64,000 nucleotides of DNA from an uncultured Bacteroidales bacterium (GCA_964503885.1 CAZDCD010000015.1:24663-88662); one strand, 5' to 3'. Counted from the stretch's first letter, positions 28,286-38,513 are shown. Notes: generated by a model not told the origin, from the letters alone. Program-made: numbers and translations.

Positions 28286-28449
28286 ACAGAAGGGCGGTGC
28301 TATTGAACTATCCAATAAAAAACATAAAAACGAATTAGTGACGAAAAAATGCAATTCGACAACATGAAAGAACGGCTCTGCAATTATAATTTTATATGCT
28401 GATTTTCATTGCTTTACTTTGATGATTATTAACATTAAAACTTAAAGAA

Positions 28450-28824
28450 ATGAAACAGATTAAAACTAGATTTTGGTTTTTTTACTTTATTATTTTAATT
28501 TCTTTTAGCTTAGCAGCAGGAATGATATTGAAATATAATCAAACAGGAAATGCTTTAGACCCTTCTGCAATAGTACCCATGGTTGTTATTTTCTTAACGG
28601 GAGCCTGCATAAATTATCTGGTAAGATATGTTTTAAACAAAGCTAAAACTTATAGCAAGACACAAATTAACAAACGGATTGTACCAGCCATAATACTTTT
28701 AAATATCGCAACCTTTATTATAGCTAATTTGTCAATTCAAGAGATTTCGGCTTATTCCTCGAGCAGATTAAAGCTAACGCTCAAAAACTGGACTGACAAA
28801 GATGTATTACTTTTGAGTAGATAA
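28450..28824 (+). CDS. hypothetical small membrane protein
   Basis: 124 aa with 3-4 predicted hydrophobic helices, A+T-rich, and no motif recognised. Confidence 0.45.
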   Translation: MKQIKTRFWFFYFIILISFSLAAGMILKYNQTGNALDPSAIVPMVVIFLTGACINYLVRYVLNKAKTYSKTQINKRIVPAIILLNIATFIIANLSIQEISAYSSSRLKLTLKNWTDKDVLLLSR

Positions 28825-28880
28825 AGAGTTGCTGATTTTAAACTATGGATGGATAGATAAAACAAAATAGAGCGACTCAC

Positions 28881-28989
28881 AGTGTATCAGTAATAAGGGA
28901 TTCAGTGGGTTACCAAAGGTTGTCTCCCGCAGCAAGGTTTTTTCTGGACGACAGTGAACCGCTTCGCAAATCCATACTACTGTTACACT
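28881..28989. repeat. about 110-nt imperfect palindrome (GTGTATCAG...CTGTTACAC type)
   Basis: The left arm agtgtatcagtaataagggatt (28881-28902) is complementary to aatccatactactgttacact (28969-28989), with three mismatches and one extra G. Confidence 0.7.
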
Positions 28990-29025
28990 TAAACATTGTG
29001 CGTACTAAAACCAGAATTGACCGAC

Positions 29026-29805
29026 ATGACAAGAATTATATGCTATCTATTACTATTTGGTTATTCTAAACTACTTTCCGGAGTTGAACCGAAAGGATTT
29101 ATTGCCTTAAATTATACTATAAATGAATATGTTGACTCAATAAAAATTCCAATTTATCGTAGTATTGAAGGTGAAATTATCGGAAATTGCAGAATACGGC
29201 CTGCCAATGGAGAAAATGGACCGGGTTTTGAAATCAATGACCTATACGGTAAGAAATTTCCATCTTATAAATATCCATTGGAGCCCCTGAAAGATTCAAA
29301 ATATTATGCTGTAAGATATTGGAATACAAATAACATCGATAGTTGTGAATATTATGGCAATGGATATCAACTAAGTACTTATCATCTGACATACTATGAC
29401 AAAAAGGAAAATTACTTAAAAATACTGGCAAATACAGTTGAGGGTGGTGCATGGATAGAATTGGATGAAAAGCTATTTAAAGCAAATGACTGGGTGCAGG
29501 AAATAATTAACAATTGGTATGGTCCATATGTATATGGCTTTGACAATTACAGATTGAGGAAAAGCCCATCCTTGGATGGTGAAGTCATTACAAAACTTAA
29601 AGATACTCAATACACAATGGTTGATTTTATTCGACGAAAAGGCCATTGGATTGAGGTTTCCGTCTGTGAATTAAAACAAGGTATTGAAATAACATGCGAA
29701 GAAGTGCAGGTTACAGAAGAATGCATTGAAATATTTACGGGCTGGTTAAGAATTGTTGATCCATATGGAATGCCAGATGATATATGGTTTTATCCTGATT
29801 GTTAA
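29026..29805 (+). CDS. hypothetical secreted protein with an SH3b-like segment
   Basis: The signal-like MTRIICYLLLFGYSKLL favours the start at 29026. The C-terminal RLRKSPSLDGEVITKLKDTQYTMVDFIRRKGHWIEV resembles bacterial SH3 domains. Confidence 0.5.
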   Translation: MTRIICYLLLFGYSKLLSGVEPKGFIALNYTINEYVDSIKIPIYRSIEGEIIGNCRIRPANGENGPGFEINDLYGKKFPSYKYPLEPLKDSKYYAVRYWNTNNIDSCEYYGNGYQLSTYHLTYYDKKENYLKILANTVEGGAWIELDEKLFKANDWVQEIINNWYGPYVYGFDNYRLRKSPSLDGEVITKLKDTQYTMVDFIRRKGHWIEVSVCELKQGIEITCEEVQVTEECIEIFTGWLRIVDPYGMPDDIWFYPDC

Positions 29806-29880
29806 ATATATTTTAGGAGTTGTATATCTTGCAGGAAAACCAGATAACAGAATAATTGACAATTTCTAAATGATGAATCT

Positions 29881-30648
29881 ATGAATAAAAAGCAATGGTA
29901 CGAAATCCTTTTTGAGAATTATGGTCAGAAATACGATAATGAAATTTTCACACAAGGAACTGTCGGTGAATGTGATTTTATTGAAAAAGAATTCAAATCC
30001 AACAAGTCTTTAAAGATACTCGATGTGGGATGCGGAACAGGAAGGCATGCAATAGAATTGTCGAAAAGAGGATATATCGTAACCGGAATTGACTTGTCAG
30101 AGACACAGCTTGCACGAGCAAGGGAAAAAGCAGATAAAAATAACCTACATATTGATTTTATTAAGCACGATGCGAGAAAATTGCCTTTTACCAATGAATT
30201 TGATGCTGCCATAATGCTCTGTGAGGGAGGGTTTCCATTGATGGAAACTGATGAAATGAACTTTGAAATACTGAAAAGTGTGACAAAGTCAATTAATGCA
30301 CAAGGGAAATTTATATTTACAACCCTGAACGGTCTTTTTCCCCTATACCACTCAGTTGAAAAATTTTGTGCTTCAAATGCTGATGACGTTAATGCGACAT
30401 ATCGTAGCAACAGTTTTGATTTAATGTCGTTCCGGGACTATAATATCACCGAAGTTGAAGACGATTCAGGAAAGATAAGAACACTTGAATGTAACGAGAG
30501 GTATTATGTACCCAGTGAAATAAGCTGGTTATTAAGATCGCTTGGATACAAGCATGTTAACATATCTGGAGCTAAACTCGGAGCATTTTCGAGAAATGAC
30601 AAATTAACAACCGAAGATTTTGAAATGCTGGTTATCGCTGAAAAATAA
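29881..30648 (+). CDS. class I SAM-dependent methyltransferase
   Basis: Motif I ILDVGCGTGRHAIEL and an acidic post-I residue (GIDLS). Confidence 0.8.
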   Translation: MNKKQWYEILFENYGQKYDNEIFTQGTVGECDFIEKEFKSNKSLKILDVGCGTGRHAIELSKRGYIVTGIDLSETQLARAREKADKNNLHIDFIKHDARKLPFTNEFDAAIMLCEGGFPLMETDEMNFEILKSVTKSINAQGKFIFTTLNGLFPLYHSVEKFCASNADDVNATYRSNSFDLMSFRDYNITEVEDDSGKIRTLECNERYYVPSEISWLLRSLGYKHVNISGAKLGAFSRNDKLTTEDFEMLVIAEK

Positions 30649-30683
30649 CCGGAGAATGCATGCATAAATACATATAAAATTAA

Positions 30684-31154
30684 ATGAGGAAAACAAACCA
30701 GGAAATATCAGATAAATCAATTCTTGAAGATATATTAAAGCAATCCGGGATTTGCAGAATTGCCATGATTGATTCTGAATTGCCGTATATTCTGCCCTTT
30801 AATTATGGGTATGAGAACAATTACATATACATTCATTCCGCTCCGAAAGGGAAAAAAATTGACCTGTTGCGAAAAAATCCGAGAGTGTGCTTTGAAATAG
30901 AGCAGCATGTTGAAATAGTAATAAACGAAAAAGCATGCAAATGGGCGACGACGTACCGTTCAATTGTCGGATACGGAACAGTATCAATACTCACCGATTT
31001 TCTTCAAAAGCAGAAAGGACTTGAGATTATCATGCGCCATAACGGAGCACCTGCATCAATAAGCTTTGATAAGAAACAGGTCGATTCGGTGGTGGTGCTG
31101 CAATTATCAATAGACAAATTAACCGGAAAACAATCGGGCAATTGGAACAGGTAA
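30684..31154 (+). CDS. pyridoxamine 5'-phosphate oxidase-family (FMN-binding split-barrel) protein
   Basis: ICRIAMIDSELPYILPFNYGYENNYIYIHSAPKGKKIDLLRKNPRVCFEI is typical of PNPOx/NimA-like proteins. Confidence 0.7.
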   Translation: MRKTNQEISDKSILEDILKQSGICRIAMIDSELPYILPFNYGYENNYIYIHSAPKGKKIDLLRKNPRVCFEIEQHVEIVINEKACKWATTYRSIVGYGTVSILTDFLQKQKGLEIIMRHNGAPASISFDKKQVDSVVVLQLSIDKLTGKQSGNWNR

Positions 31155-31388
31155 CAGAGAGAACATGAGTACCCGTGATGAAGTCGTGAAATGGATTCGA
31201 TCTGATTTTTCCGCAACTGTAAAGGTTTATGAAATATGCACTCTCCTCTTTTATAAATGCTGTCTCCGGCAGCATGATCCGCAACGATCTTCCCTATCCT
31301 TCTTCATAAAAATCGATCCATTTCTCTTTTTTGCTTCACAGATGCGGCTGTTTTCATATATTTGCGTTTTTAACTCAAGTTACGCTTC

Positions 31389-33791
31389 ATGCGATACGGA
31401 TATTTCGATGATACTGCAAAAGAATATGTTATAACCAGGCCGGATACGCCCAAATCATGGAGTAATTATCTGGGATCAACCGAATATGGTGCTATCATTA
31501 CGAATAATGCCGGCGGATACAGTTTCATGAAATCCGGCGGAATGGGGAGGTTCATGCGCATCAGGTTTAATTCCATACCTATGGACCAACCCGGCCGATA
31601 CCTTTATTTCCACGACCAGGAAACACACGATTACTGGTCGGCTTCCTGGCAGCCGGTAGGAAAACCATTTGATACATACAAATCAGTTTGCCGGCATGGT
31701 ACGGCTTATACTGTTATTGCATCGGAATACAGAAAAATCGTATCGGAAGTCACCTATTTTGTACCGTTAAACAAGCTGTTTGAGATCTGGAAAGTTACCA
31801 TAACAAATAACGATAAAAAATTACGCAAGCTTTCATCATTCACTTATACCGAATATGCCGGAACATGGAATGCCGTTGACGATCTGCTGAACATACAGTA
31901 TGTGCAGTATATTGCTACCATGAGGTGCATTAACGGTATCATTGATCACGGTACCAATGTGAACATTCCGCATATGCCTGATAATTTTAAGGAGAAAGAC
32001 CAGGGAAGGCATACGTTTCAGGCACTGGCAGGGACCGAAGTATCTGGATTTGATACCGATCGTGACGCCTTTCTTGGACCATACCGTACCTATGCAAACC
32101 CGCTTACGGTCGAAAACGGCAAATGTTCGGGAACCGAGGGGTATGGCGACAATCCGTGCGGCTGCCTGCAGACCGATTTTGAACTGCAACCCGGGGAATC
32201 CAAAGGATTTCTGGTAATCATGGGTATAGGTAAAGCAGCAGAAGAAGGCAGGGCTGCAGCAGATGAGTTCTCAAACATCAAAAAAGCAGATCTGGAACTT
32301 GACAAACTCAAAGAATACTGGCATTCCCGGATGCAGGGATTTCATGCCATTACCCCCGATCAGGAACTCAACAGCACGATAAATACATGGGGGATCTATA
32401 ACAGTCTGATTACTTTTGCCTGGTCACGTGCTGCCAGTCTGATCTATTCGGGGATCGACCGCGACGGGCTTGGCTTCCGCGACACAGTCCAGGATTTTCT
32501 TGGCGTGCTTCATGCCATTCCCGGAGAAGCGGGACAGAGGCTTGAACTGATGATTACAGGCCAGGTTTCGACGGGAGGTGCCATGCCTGTTGTGCTGCCC
32601 TTCCATCATAATCCGGGACATGAACCGGCGCCGGCCGAAGATGACTACAGGTCCGACGACTCGTTGTGGCTGTTCAATGCAGTGCCCGCATATATAAAGG
32701 AAACCGGGGATATTGATTTTTACAGGAAAGTACTTCCGTTTTCCGACAAGGGAGAAGCCAAGGTGTTCGGCCATTTAAGGCGGGCCATTGAATTCAGCTT
32801 AGAACGGAGCGGCAAACATGGAATGCCCTTCGGACTTAGAGCCGACTGGAACGATTGCCTGAAATTCGGAAAGAACGGAGAATCGGTTTTTGTTGCACTG
32901 CAGCTGCGTTATGCTCTTAGTGAATATATTGAGATTGCGCAACTGCTAAAGGAAACAGAAGAAGTACAATGGGGCAAGCAAAATCTTGAAAATCTTGATA
33001 ATAATTTGCAGAAATATGCATGGGACGGGGATTGGTTCATGAGAGGATACAGGCAGGATGGAATGAAATTCGGTTCAAAAGAATGCAATGAAGGTAAGAT
33101 CTACCTGAATCCACAGGCATGGGCCGTGATCAGCAAGGCTGCACAGAATGATCAGGCAAAAACTGCAATGGATAATGTATTTAAATACCTTTTTACCGGT
33201 TACGGCATAGCCCTGTGTGATCCCCCATACACCGACACGGATTATACTATTGTAAGGGCACAACTTTTCAATCCCGGACTGAAAGAGAATGGAGGAATAT
33301 TCATCCACACACAGGGATGGGCGGTAATCGCGGAAGCAATGCTTGGCAGGGGAAACAGGGCCTATCAATACCTTCGTGCCTATCTTCCCGCGGCCTACAA
33401 CTCAAAAGCGGAGATCAGGGAAATAGAACCTTATGTGGTTTGCCAGTCCACACACAGCAAATTCAGTCCGAAATACGGCACCTCACGGTTGCCCTGGCTG
33501 AGTGGTTCGGCAACGTGGACATTTTATGCCATCTCACAATACATTCTGGGGATCCGGCCTGACTATGAAGGACTGCGGATTGACCCCTGCATACCGGCTG
33601 AATGGAAAGAACTGACTGTTGAAAGGACGTTCAGGAACAAAAGATTCACGATTACCATTATTAACCGGAGCGGAGTAGAGAAAGGTGTGGCAAAAATTAT
33701 ATTGAATGGGAAATCCATTGATAATAACCTGATTTTCATTGACCAGGCAAATGATACGAATCAGGTAGACGTAATAATGGGAACAAAATAA
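31389..33791 (+). CDS. GH94-family glycoside phosphorylase (cellobiose/chitobiose-phosphorylase-like)
   Basis: 800 aa. The N-terminal MRYGYFDDTAKEYVITRPDTPKSWSNYLG is characteristic of cellobiose-phosphorylase-type enzymes. The (alpha/alpha)6 region includes RDTVQD. Confidence 0.8.
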   Translation: MRYGYFDDTAKEYVITRPDTPKSWSNYLGSTEYGAIITNNAGGYSFMKSGGMGRFMRIRFNSIPMDQPGRYLYFHDQETHDYWSASWQPVGKPFDTYKSVCRHGTAYTVIASEYRKIVSEVTYFVPLNKLFEIWKVTITNNDKKLRKLSSFTYTEYAGTWNAVDDLLNIQYVQYIATMRCINGIIDHGTNVNIPHMPDNFKEKDQGRHTFQALAGTEVSGFDTDRDAFLGPYRTYANPLTVENGKCSGTEGYGDNPCGCLQTDFELQPGESKGFLVIMGIGKAAEEGRAAADEFSNIKKADLELDKLKEYWHSRMQGFHAITPDQELNSTINTWGIYNSLITFAWSRAASLIYSGIDRDGLGFRDTVQDFLGVLHAIPGEAGQRLELMITGQVSTGGAMPVVLPFHHNPGHEPAPAEDDYRSDDSLWLFNAVPAYIKETGDIDFYRKVLPFSDKGEAKVFGHLRRAIEFSLERSGKHGMPFGLRADWNDCLKFGKNGESVFVALQLRYALSEYIEIAQLLKETEEVQWGKQNLENLDNNLQKYAWDGDWFMRGYRQDGMKFGSKECNEGKIYLNPQAWAVISKAAQNDQAKTAMDNVFKYLFTGYGIALCDPPYTDTDYTIVRAQLFNPGLKENGGIFIHTQGWAVIAEAMLGRGNRAYQYLRAYLPAAYNSKAEIREIEPYVVCQSTHSKFSPKYGTSRLPWLSGSATWTFYAISQYILGIRPDYEGLRIDPCIPAEWKELTVERTFRNKRFTITIINRSGVEKGVAKIILNGKSIDNNLIFIDQANDTNQVDVIMGTK

Positions 33792-33828
33792 CCGTTACTT
33801 ATTGCTTTAAAGTAAACATTGTTTATTC

Positions 33829-34431
33829 ATGAATGAAGAAATACACCAACTGCTGAATGCTGAAGCCGAAGCCATAAAAAAGATTCCGGTAAACGATGCA
33901 ATTGAAAAAACTATTGAGATCATCTACAAGGCAGTTCACGGAAAGAATGGAAAACTTATTGCAAGCGGCATGGGAAAGGCGGGCCAGATAGCCAACAACA
34001 TAGCCACTACGTTCAGTTCAACCGGAACGCCTGCAGTATTTCTGCATCCGAGTGATGCCCAGCATGGCGACCTGGGGATCATACAGAAGAACGATGTGAT
34101 GATGCTGATCTCAAATTCAGGTAAGACCCGGGAAATAATCGAGTTGGTGAACCTTGCTCATCATATTGTGCCGGACATACCTTTTATACTGATTACAGGA
34201 AATCCCGACAGTGAACTGAGCCGCCTGGCCAGCACTGTGATTTTCACCGGAAATCCGGCTGAAGTGTGTCCGCTCGGTCTTACCCCAACGACATCAACCA
34301 CAGCCATGACCGTAATCGGAGATGTACTGGTAGTACTTATGATGAAAAAAATTGGATTTACAGCACAGGACTATGCCAAAAGGCATCACGGAGGCTACCT
34401 GGGCCATAAGTCGAGAAATTCGTTCATATAG
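33829..34431 (+). CDS. SIS-domain sugar-phosphate isomerase-like protein
   Basis: Contains ASGMGKAGQIA and ISNSGKT, with a single SIS domain and no CBS pair. Confidence 0.75.
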   Translation: MNEEIHQLLNAEAEAIKKIPVNDAIEKTIEIIYKAVHGKNGKLIASGMGKAGQIANNIATTFSSTGTPAVFLHPSDAQHGDLGIIQKNDVMMLISNSGKTREIIELVNLAHHIVPDIPFILITGNPDSELSRLASTVIFTGNPAEVCPLGLTPTTSTTAMTVIGDVLVVLMMKKIGFTAQDYAKRHHGGYLGHKSRNSFI

Positions 34432-34449
34432 TGAATTAAATCAAGCACG

Positions 34450-35421
34450 ATGAGAAAAATTTATGCAATCGGGGAAACAGTATTGGATATTCTTTTTAAA
34501 AACCATATGCCCTTTACGGCAAAAGCAGGAGGAGCATGCCTGAACAGTGCAGTTACATTGGGAAGGCTGGGGCTGCCTGTTTATTTCATCGGTGAATACG
34601 GACTGGATGAGGTCGGGAATTTTATTGACCTTTTCCTGAAAGAAAACAGTGTGATTACTGATTACGTGTATAGGTACTATGATGGAAAATCTGCACTTGC
34701 CCTCGCTTTTCTAAACGAATACAGTGATGCCAGCTATGATTTTTATAAGATCTATCCTCAGAAAAGACTGAACATCAATTTTCCCGAAATACAGGAAAAT
34801 GATATCGTTCTTTTCGGTTCGATGTACGCCATCACCTATGAAGTCAGGTACAAGCTCATGGAATTTATCAAACAAGCCAATAAAAGAAAAGCTATCGTAA
34901 TTTATGATCCCAATTTCAGAAAAATCCAGCTTCATGAGCTGCAAAACCTGAAACCGCTGATCATTGACAACATCAAACATGCCGATATCTTACGCGGTTC
35001 GAACGAAGATTTTTCATTTATTTTCGGTGCAAACAATGCCGATGAAACCTACGAATCGGTAATTAAACTTGTACCCAATTTACTTTATACCGCAAGCAGA
35101 AAGGGTGTGTACCTCAAAACACCCCACTTTTCGGCTGATTTTGATGTAAAACTGATTGAACCGAAGAGCACCATCGGTGCCGGAGACAGTTTCAATGCCG
35201 GTATTGTATATTCTCTTTATAAGCAAAAGATACAATATAAAGATCTTGAGAACATCAACAAAGAATCATGGGAACAACTCGTGAATACAGCAGTGGAATT
35301 CGCCACACATGTTTGCCTGAACTATGATAACTATATTTCAAAAGAATTTGCCAAACACTACCTGCTGAATGATCAGCCAACACCTCCCCAAAAGCCGGGA
35401 AACGAAGTAACATCCGGATAA
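34450..35421 (+). CDS. PfkB-family carbohydrate kinase
   Basis: GGACLNSA near the N-terminus and the TIGAGDSFNAG anion-hole motif. Confidence 0.8.
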   Translation: MRKIYAIGETVLDILFKNHMPFTAKAGGACLNSAVTLGRLGLPVYFIGEYGLDEVGNFIDLFLKENSVITDYVYRYYDGKSALALAFLNEYSDASYDFYKIYPQKRLNINFPEIQENDIVLFGSMYAITYEVRYKLMEFIKQANKRKAIVIYDPNFRKIQLHELQNLKPLIIDNIKHADILRGSNEDFSFIFGANNADETYESVIKLVPNLLYTASRKGVYLKTPHFSADFDVKLIEPKSTIGAGDSFNAGIVYSLYKQKIQYKDLENINKESWEQLVNTAVEFATHVCLNYDNYISKEFAKHYLLNDQPTPPQKPGNEVTSG

Positions 35422-36084
35422 AAATACACCCCTTGCAGTCGCGATGTCTTTTTCCCTACTCCGGCATATAAAAGACAATAATAATGATGAATGAACTTAT
35501 GTTGGTCATCGACCATAATCATTCCAGTGGCCTCCGGTAGCATCAATTTATTATACCTGTAGTTACACTGATCCGATATGGAACTGGTTGCATCTGGTTA
35601 TCACTTGATCCACAAGTAACAGTACCTTAAAATTGAATATCGCATTCCTGGTCTTCACAGCTATTGCCTGTTTTTACACTTTCCGGCTTATCGCAATTTT
35701 GTCCATCTTCCCAGCATTCCTTTGTTTCTTATCAGCGAATACTTTTGAATATCCGGATTTGTCTTACTGCAGATGCTGCAAATATATTATTGCATATCCG
35801 GCATGCAATTCCTTTGCTAAAATGAAGAACAGGGACGGCCGAAAAATTGCGGTAAACTTTCAAATTTTCAGTATTTAATCCAAAATTCTTTTAGTATTAA
35901 TCAATATGTGATATGGGGTAAGTTTCACTATTTTTATTTTTTTTAATCATTAACCCCATTTTTAAATGGGTCTATGATCTTATTTTATATTTTAATTAAA
36001 TTTATACATATATTATTATGGGGTATTAAAAATTTTATTATATATTTGTAGTGTCAATCAATTAATAATTTAAATTTTATTCGT

Positions 36085-36768
36085 ATGAAAATTTACAGTA
36101 TCCTTTCAATGAGCATGGTTGCACTATTTCTGATTGCGGCAACCAGAGTAAAAGCACAGGAAGAAGAAACCGGTCCGAGTTTTAACACGGGCGCTGACGT
36201 TGTCAGCAATTACATCTGGCGTGGCACCAAGTTCGGAGTTGGTCCTGCCATTCAACCATCGGTGAGCTTTACAGCCGGTAATTTTGAAATCGGGGCATGG
36301 GGTTCTTACTGTTTCACGTCGTCTGAAGCAGCAGAAGCTGACCTTTATGCATCGTACTCATTTCCGTTCGGTCTAAGCCTGGGGGTCACCGATTACTACT
36401 ATCCCGGTCTGATGTATTTCGACTATTCGGATACCACAGGAAGCCACGCGTTTGAAATAAACGCAGGTTTTGCAGTCGGGGGACTGAGCCTGAGCGCAAA
36501 TTACATCCTGAACGAAGCAGGGGGAGCTGCTTCAGCGGGTGGTGATAAGTATTTTGAAGCCGGTTACGATTTCACATCGTTTAACATCTTTGTTGGTGCA
36601 GGTGATGGATGGCATACTTCAGACGGTGAGTTTAATGTCTGCAATATAGGCATTGGTACCAGCAAGGAGATTGCCATTAATGATAAATTTTCGATCCCGG
36701 TGAGCGGCTCGGTAATCCTGAATCCCGATAAGGAACAGCTCTATGTGGTCGTGGGCTTTTCATTCTAG
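36085..36768 (+). CDS. TorF/Gcw_chp-like beta-barrel porin
   Basis: Signal peptide. DVVSNYIWRGTKFG.GPAIQPSV and alternating strands. It sits upstream of P-II and Amt. Confidence 0.5.
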   Translation: MKIYSILSMSMVALFLIAATRVKAQEEETGPSFNTGADVVSNYIWRGTKFGVGPAIQPSVSFTAGNFEIGAWGSYCFTSSEAAEADLYASYSFPFGLSLGVTDYYYPGLMYFDYSDTTGSHAFEINAGFAVGGLSLSANYILNEAGGAASAGGDKYFEAGYDFTSFNIFVGAGDGWHTSDGEFNVCNIGIGTSKEIAINDKFSIPVSGSVILNPDKEQLYVVVGFSF

Positions 36769-36854
36769 AAATCAATTCTTGATGGCCGAGCGGTATTTAT
36801 TCTGGTAAATACCGTCAGAAAAAATAGTGAATAACCTTCAAATCAATCACGAAT

Positions 36855-37208
36855 ATGAAAAAAATCGAAGCTATAATACGGAAAACCAGGTTCAACGAGG
36901 TAAAAGAAGCCTTGAATGAAGCCGGTATTGAATTCTTTTCCTTCTGGGAAGTCCGTGGAGTAGGTAAAGCACGTCAGGAACGTGTTTACCGCGGAGTTGT
37001 GTATGATACCAGTACGATTGAACGGATGCTGATATCGATCTACTGTCGTGAAAAGTACGTAGATCCCGCTGTTAACGCCATTTTAAAGGCGGCAAAGACC
37101 GGAGCAATAGGTGACGGAAAGATATTTATTTCAGATATCAATGATGCCTACCGCATCCGGACTGCAGAAAAAGGAGATAAATCTCTCTATATCGAAGGAG
37201 AGGAATAA
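36855..37208 (+). CDS. glnK: P-II nitrogen regulatory protein
   Basis: MKKIEAIIR..F.EVKEAL and a T-loop region ..ERVYRG... It is adjacent to the ammonium transporter. Confidence 0.85.
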   Translation: MKKIEAIIRKTRFNEVKEALNEAGIEFFSFWEVRGVGKARQERVYRGVVYDTSTIERMLISIYCREKYVDPAVNAILKAAKTGAIGDGKIFISDINDAYRIRTAEKGDKSLYIEGEE

Positions 37209-37241
37209 TCTGGTATTAAGTAACATTTAAAATCTAAAAAA

Positions 37242-38513
37242 ATGGATGAAGCAATAACCAAAATAACTGAGATCTCCGGTTCACTGCAGGGAATCTCTGT
37301 ATCAATTGATACCATATGGGTACTCATAACTGCCGCACTTGTATTCTTTATGCAGGCAGGTTTCGCTATGGTGGAAGCGGGTTTTACCCGGTCGAAAAAT
37401 ACGGCCAATATCCTCATGAAGAACCTGATGGATTTTTCATTCGGTTCAATCTTTTTCTGGGCTATAGGGTTCACATTAATGTTCGGCAGCGATATAGCCG
37501 GTATAATCGGTAAACCCAGCTTGTTTTTTACAAGTAACGCCATTAATGGATTACCTGATTATGCAAGCCTGATCTTCCAGACGGTTTTTGCTGCAACAGC
37601 AGCAACAATTGTTTCCGGTGCAATGGCAGAACGAACCAAGTTTTCTGCTTATGTTATATATAGTATATTGATTTCACTGGTCATTTATCCGATATCCGGT
37701 CACTGGGTATGGGGCGGCGGGTGGTTATCGAGCCTTGGTTTTCATGATTTTGCCGGATCAACCGTTGTTCATTCGGTTGGTGGATGGATAGGCCTGGCAG
37801 GCGCAATTATGCTGGGGCCGCGCGTCGGAAAATACACCAAGGGAAAAGCCAATGCAATTCCCGGACATAACCTTACTTATGGAACTTTGGGTGTATTCAT
37901 TCTCTGGTTCGGATGGTTCGGGTTCAACCCCGGATCACAGCTGGCGGCATCAGGCAATGACAATGCTGTGGCCATCTCCAGAATATTCATTACAACTAAC
38001 CTGGCTGCTGCAGCAGGGGCAGTATCGGCAATGTGCATAGCATGGCTCAGGTTCAAAAGACCATCGTTAAGTTTATCTTTGAACGGCGCATTGGCCGGTC
38101 TGGTGGCAATAACTGCCCCCTGTGCGGTTGTAAGTCCCTCAGGGGCAGTTATTATCGGATTGCTTGCCGGTATTCTCCTTGTCTTCAGTGTTGAATTCAT
38201 TGACCAGGTGCTTAAGATCGATGATCCTGTGGGTGCAGTATCTGTTCATGGGGTTAACGGTGCTTTCGGAACATTGGCTGTAGGCCTGTTTTCAACCAGT
38301 AAAGATGTAGGCCTTGGATTATTCTATGGCGGTGGTTTTAAACAGCTGGGCATCCAGGCAACAGGAGTGGTTACAATCGGATTGTGGGCATTCTGTATGG
38401 GAATGCTGTTATTCGGCATTATCAAGGCATTACACGGACTCAGGGTTGAGAAGGTCATTGAAGAAGAAGGTCTTGATGTATACGAACACGGTGAAAATGC
38501 ATACAATATATAA
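37242..38513 (+). CDS. amt: ammonium transporter
   Basis: Contains FFMQAGFAMVEAGFTRSKN, DFAGSTVVHSVGG and GVNGAFGTL. Confidence 0.9.
   Translation: MDEAITKITEISGSLQGISVSIDTIWVLITAALVFFMQAGFAMVEAGFTRSKNTANILMKNLMDFSFGSIFFWAIGFTLMFGSDIAGIIGKPSLFFTSNAINGLPDYASLIFQTVFAATAATIVSGAMAERTKFSAYVIYSILISLVIYPISGHWVWGGGWLSSLGFHDFAGSTVVHSVGGWIGLAGAIMLGPRVGKYTKGKANAIPGHNLTYGTLGVFILWFGWFGFNPGSQLAASGNDNAVAISRIFITTNLAAAAGAVSAMCIAWLRFKRPSLSLSLNGALAGLVAITAPCAVVSPSGAVIIGLLAGILLVFSVEFIDQVLKIDDPVGAVSVHGVNGAFGTLAVGLFSTSKDVGLGLFYGGGFKQLGIQATGVVTIGLWAFCMGMLLFGIIKALHGLRVEKVIEEEGLDVYEHGENAYNI

Noticed and set aside
27582-31388. Calling 27.6-31.2 kb an integron cassette array (CALIN).
   Set aside because: Only two attC-like palindromes were found. 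Their R' boxes deviate from GTTRRRY, two of the four ORF junctions are too short (35 and 75 nt) to hold an attC, and no integrase or attI is visible. I keep this only as a hypothesis in the findings.
31165-31434. An 89-aa ORF between the PNPOx-like gene and the GH94 gene, plus overlapping minus-strand ORFs at 31004-31284.
   Set aside because: It overlaps the GH94 start, has low-complexity sequence and no motifs. The region more likely holds the GH94 promoter and a small hairpin (ATGCTG-tctccgg-CAGCAT, about 31257-31275).
35633-35878. An 81-aa TTG-initiated ORF in the amt-operon upstream region.
   Set aside because: It has an unusual start, low-complexity hydrophobic and Cys-rich sequence, and no motif. 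It lies in a region that otherwise looks noncoding.
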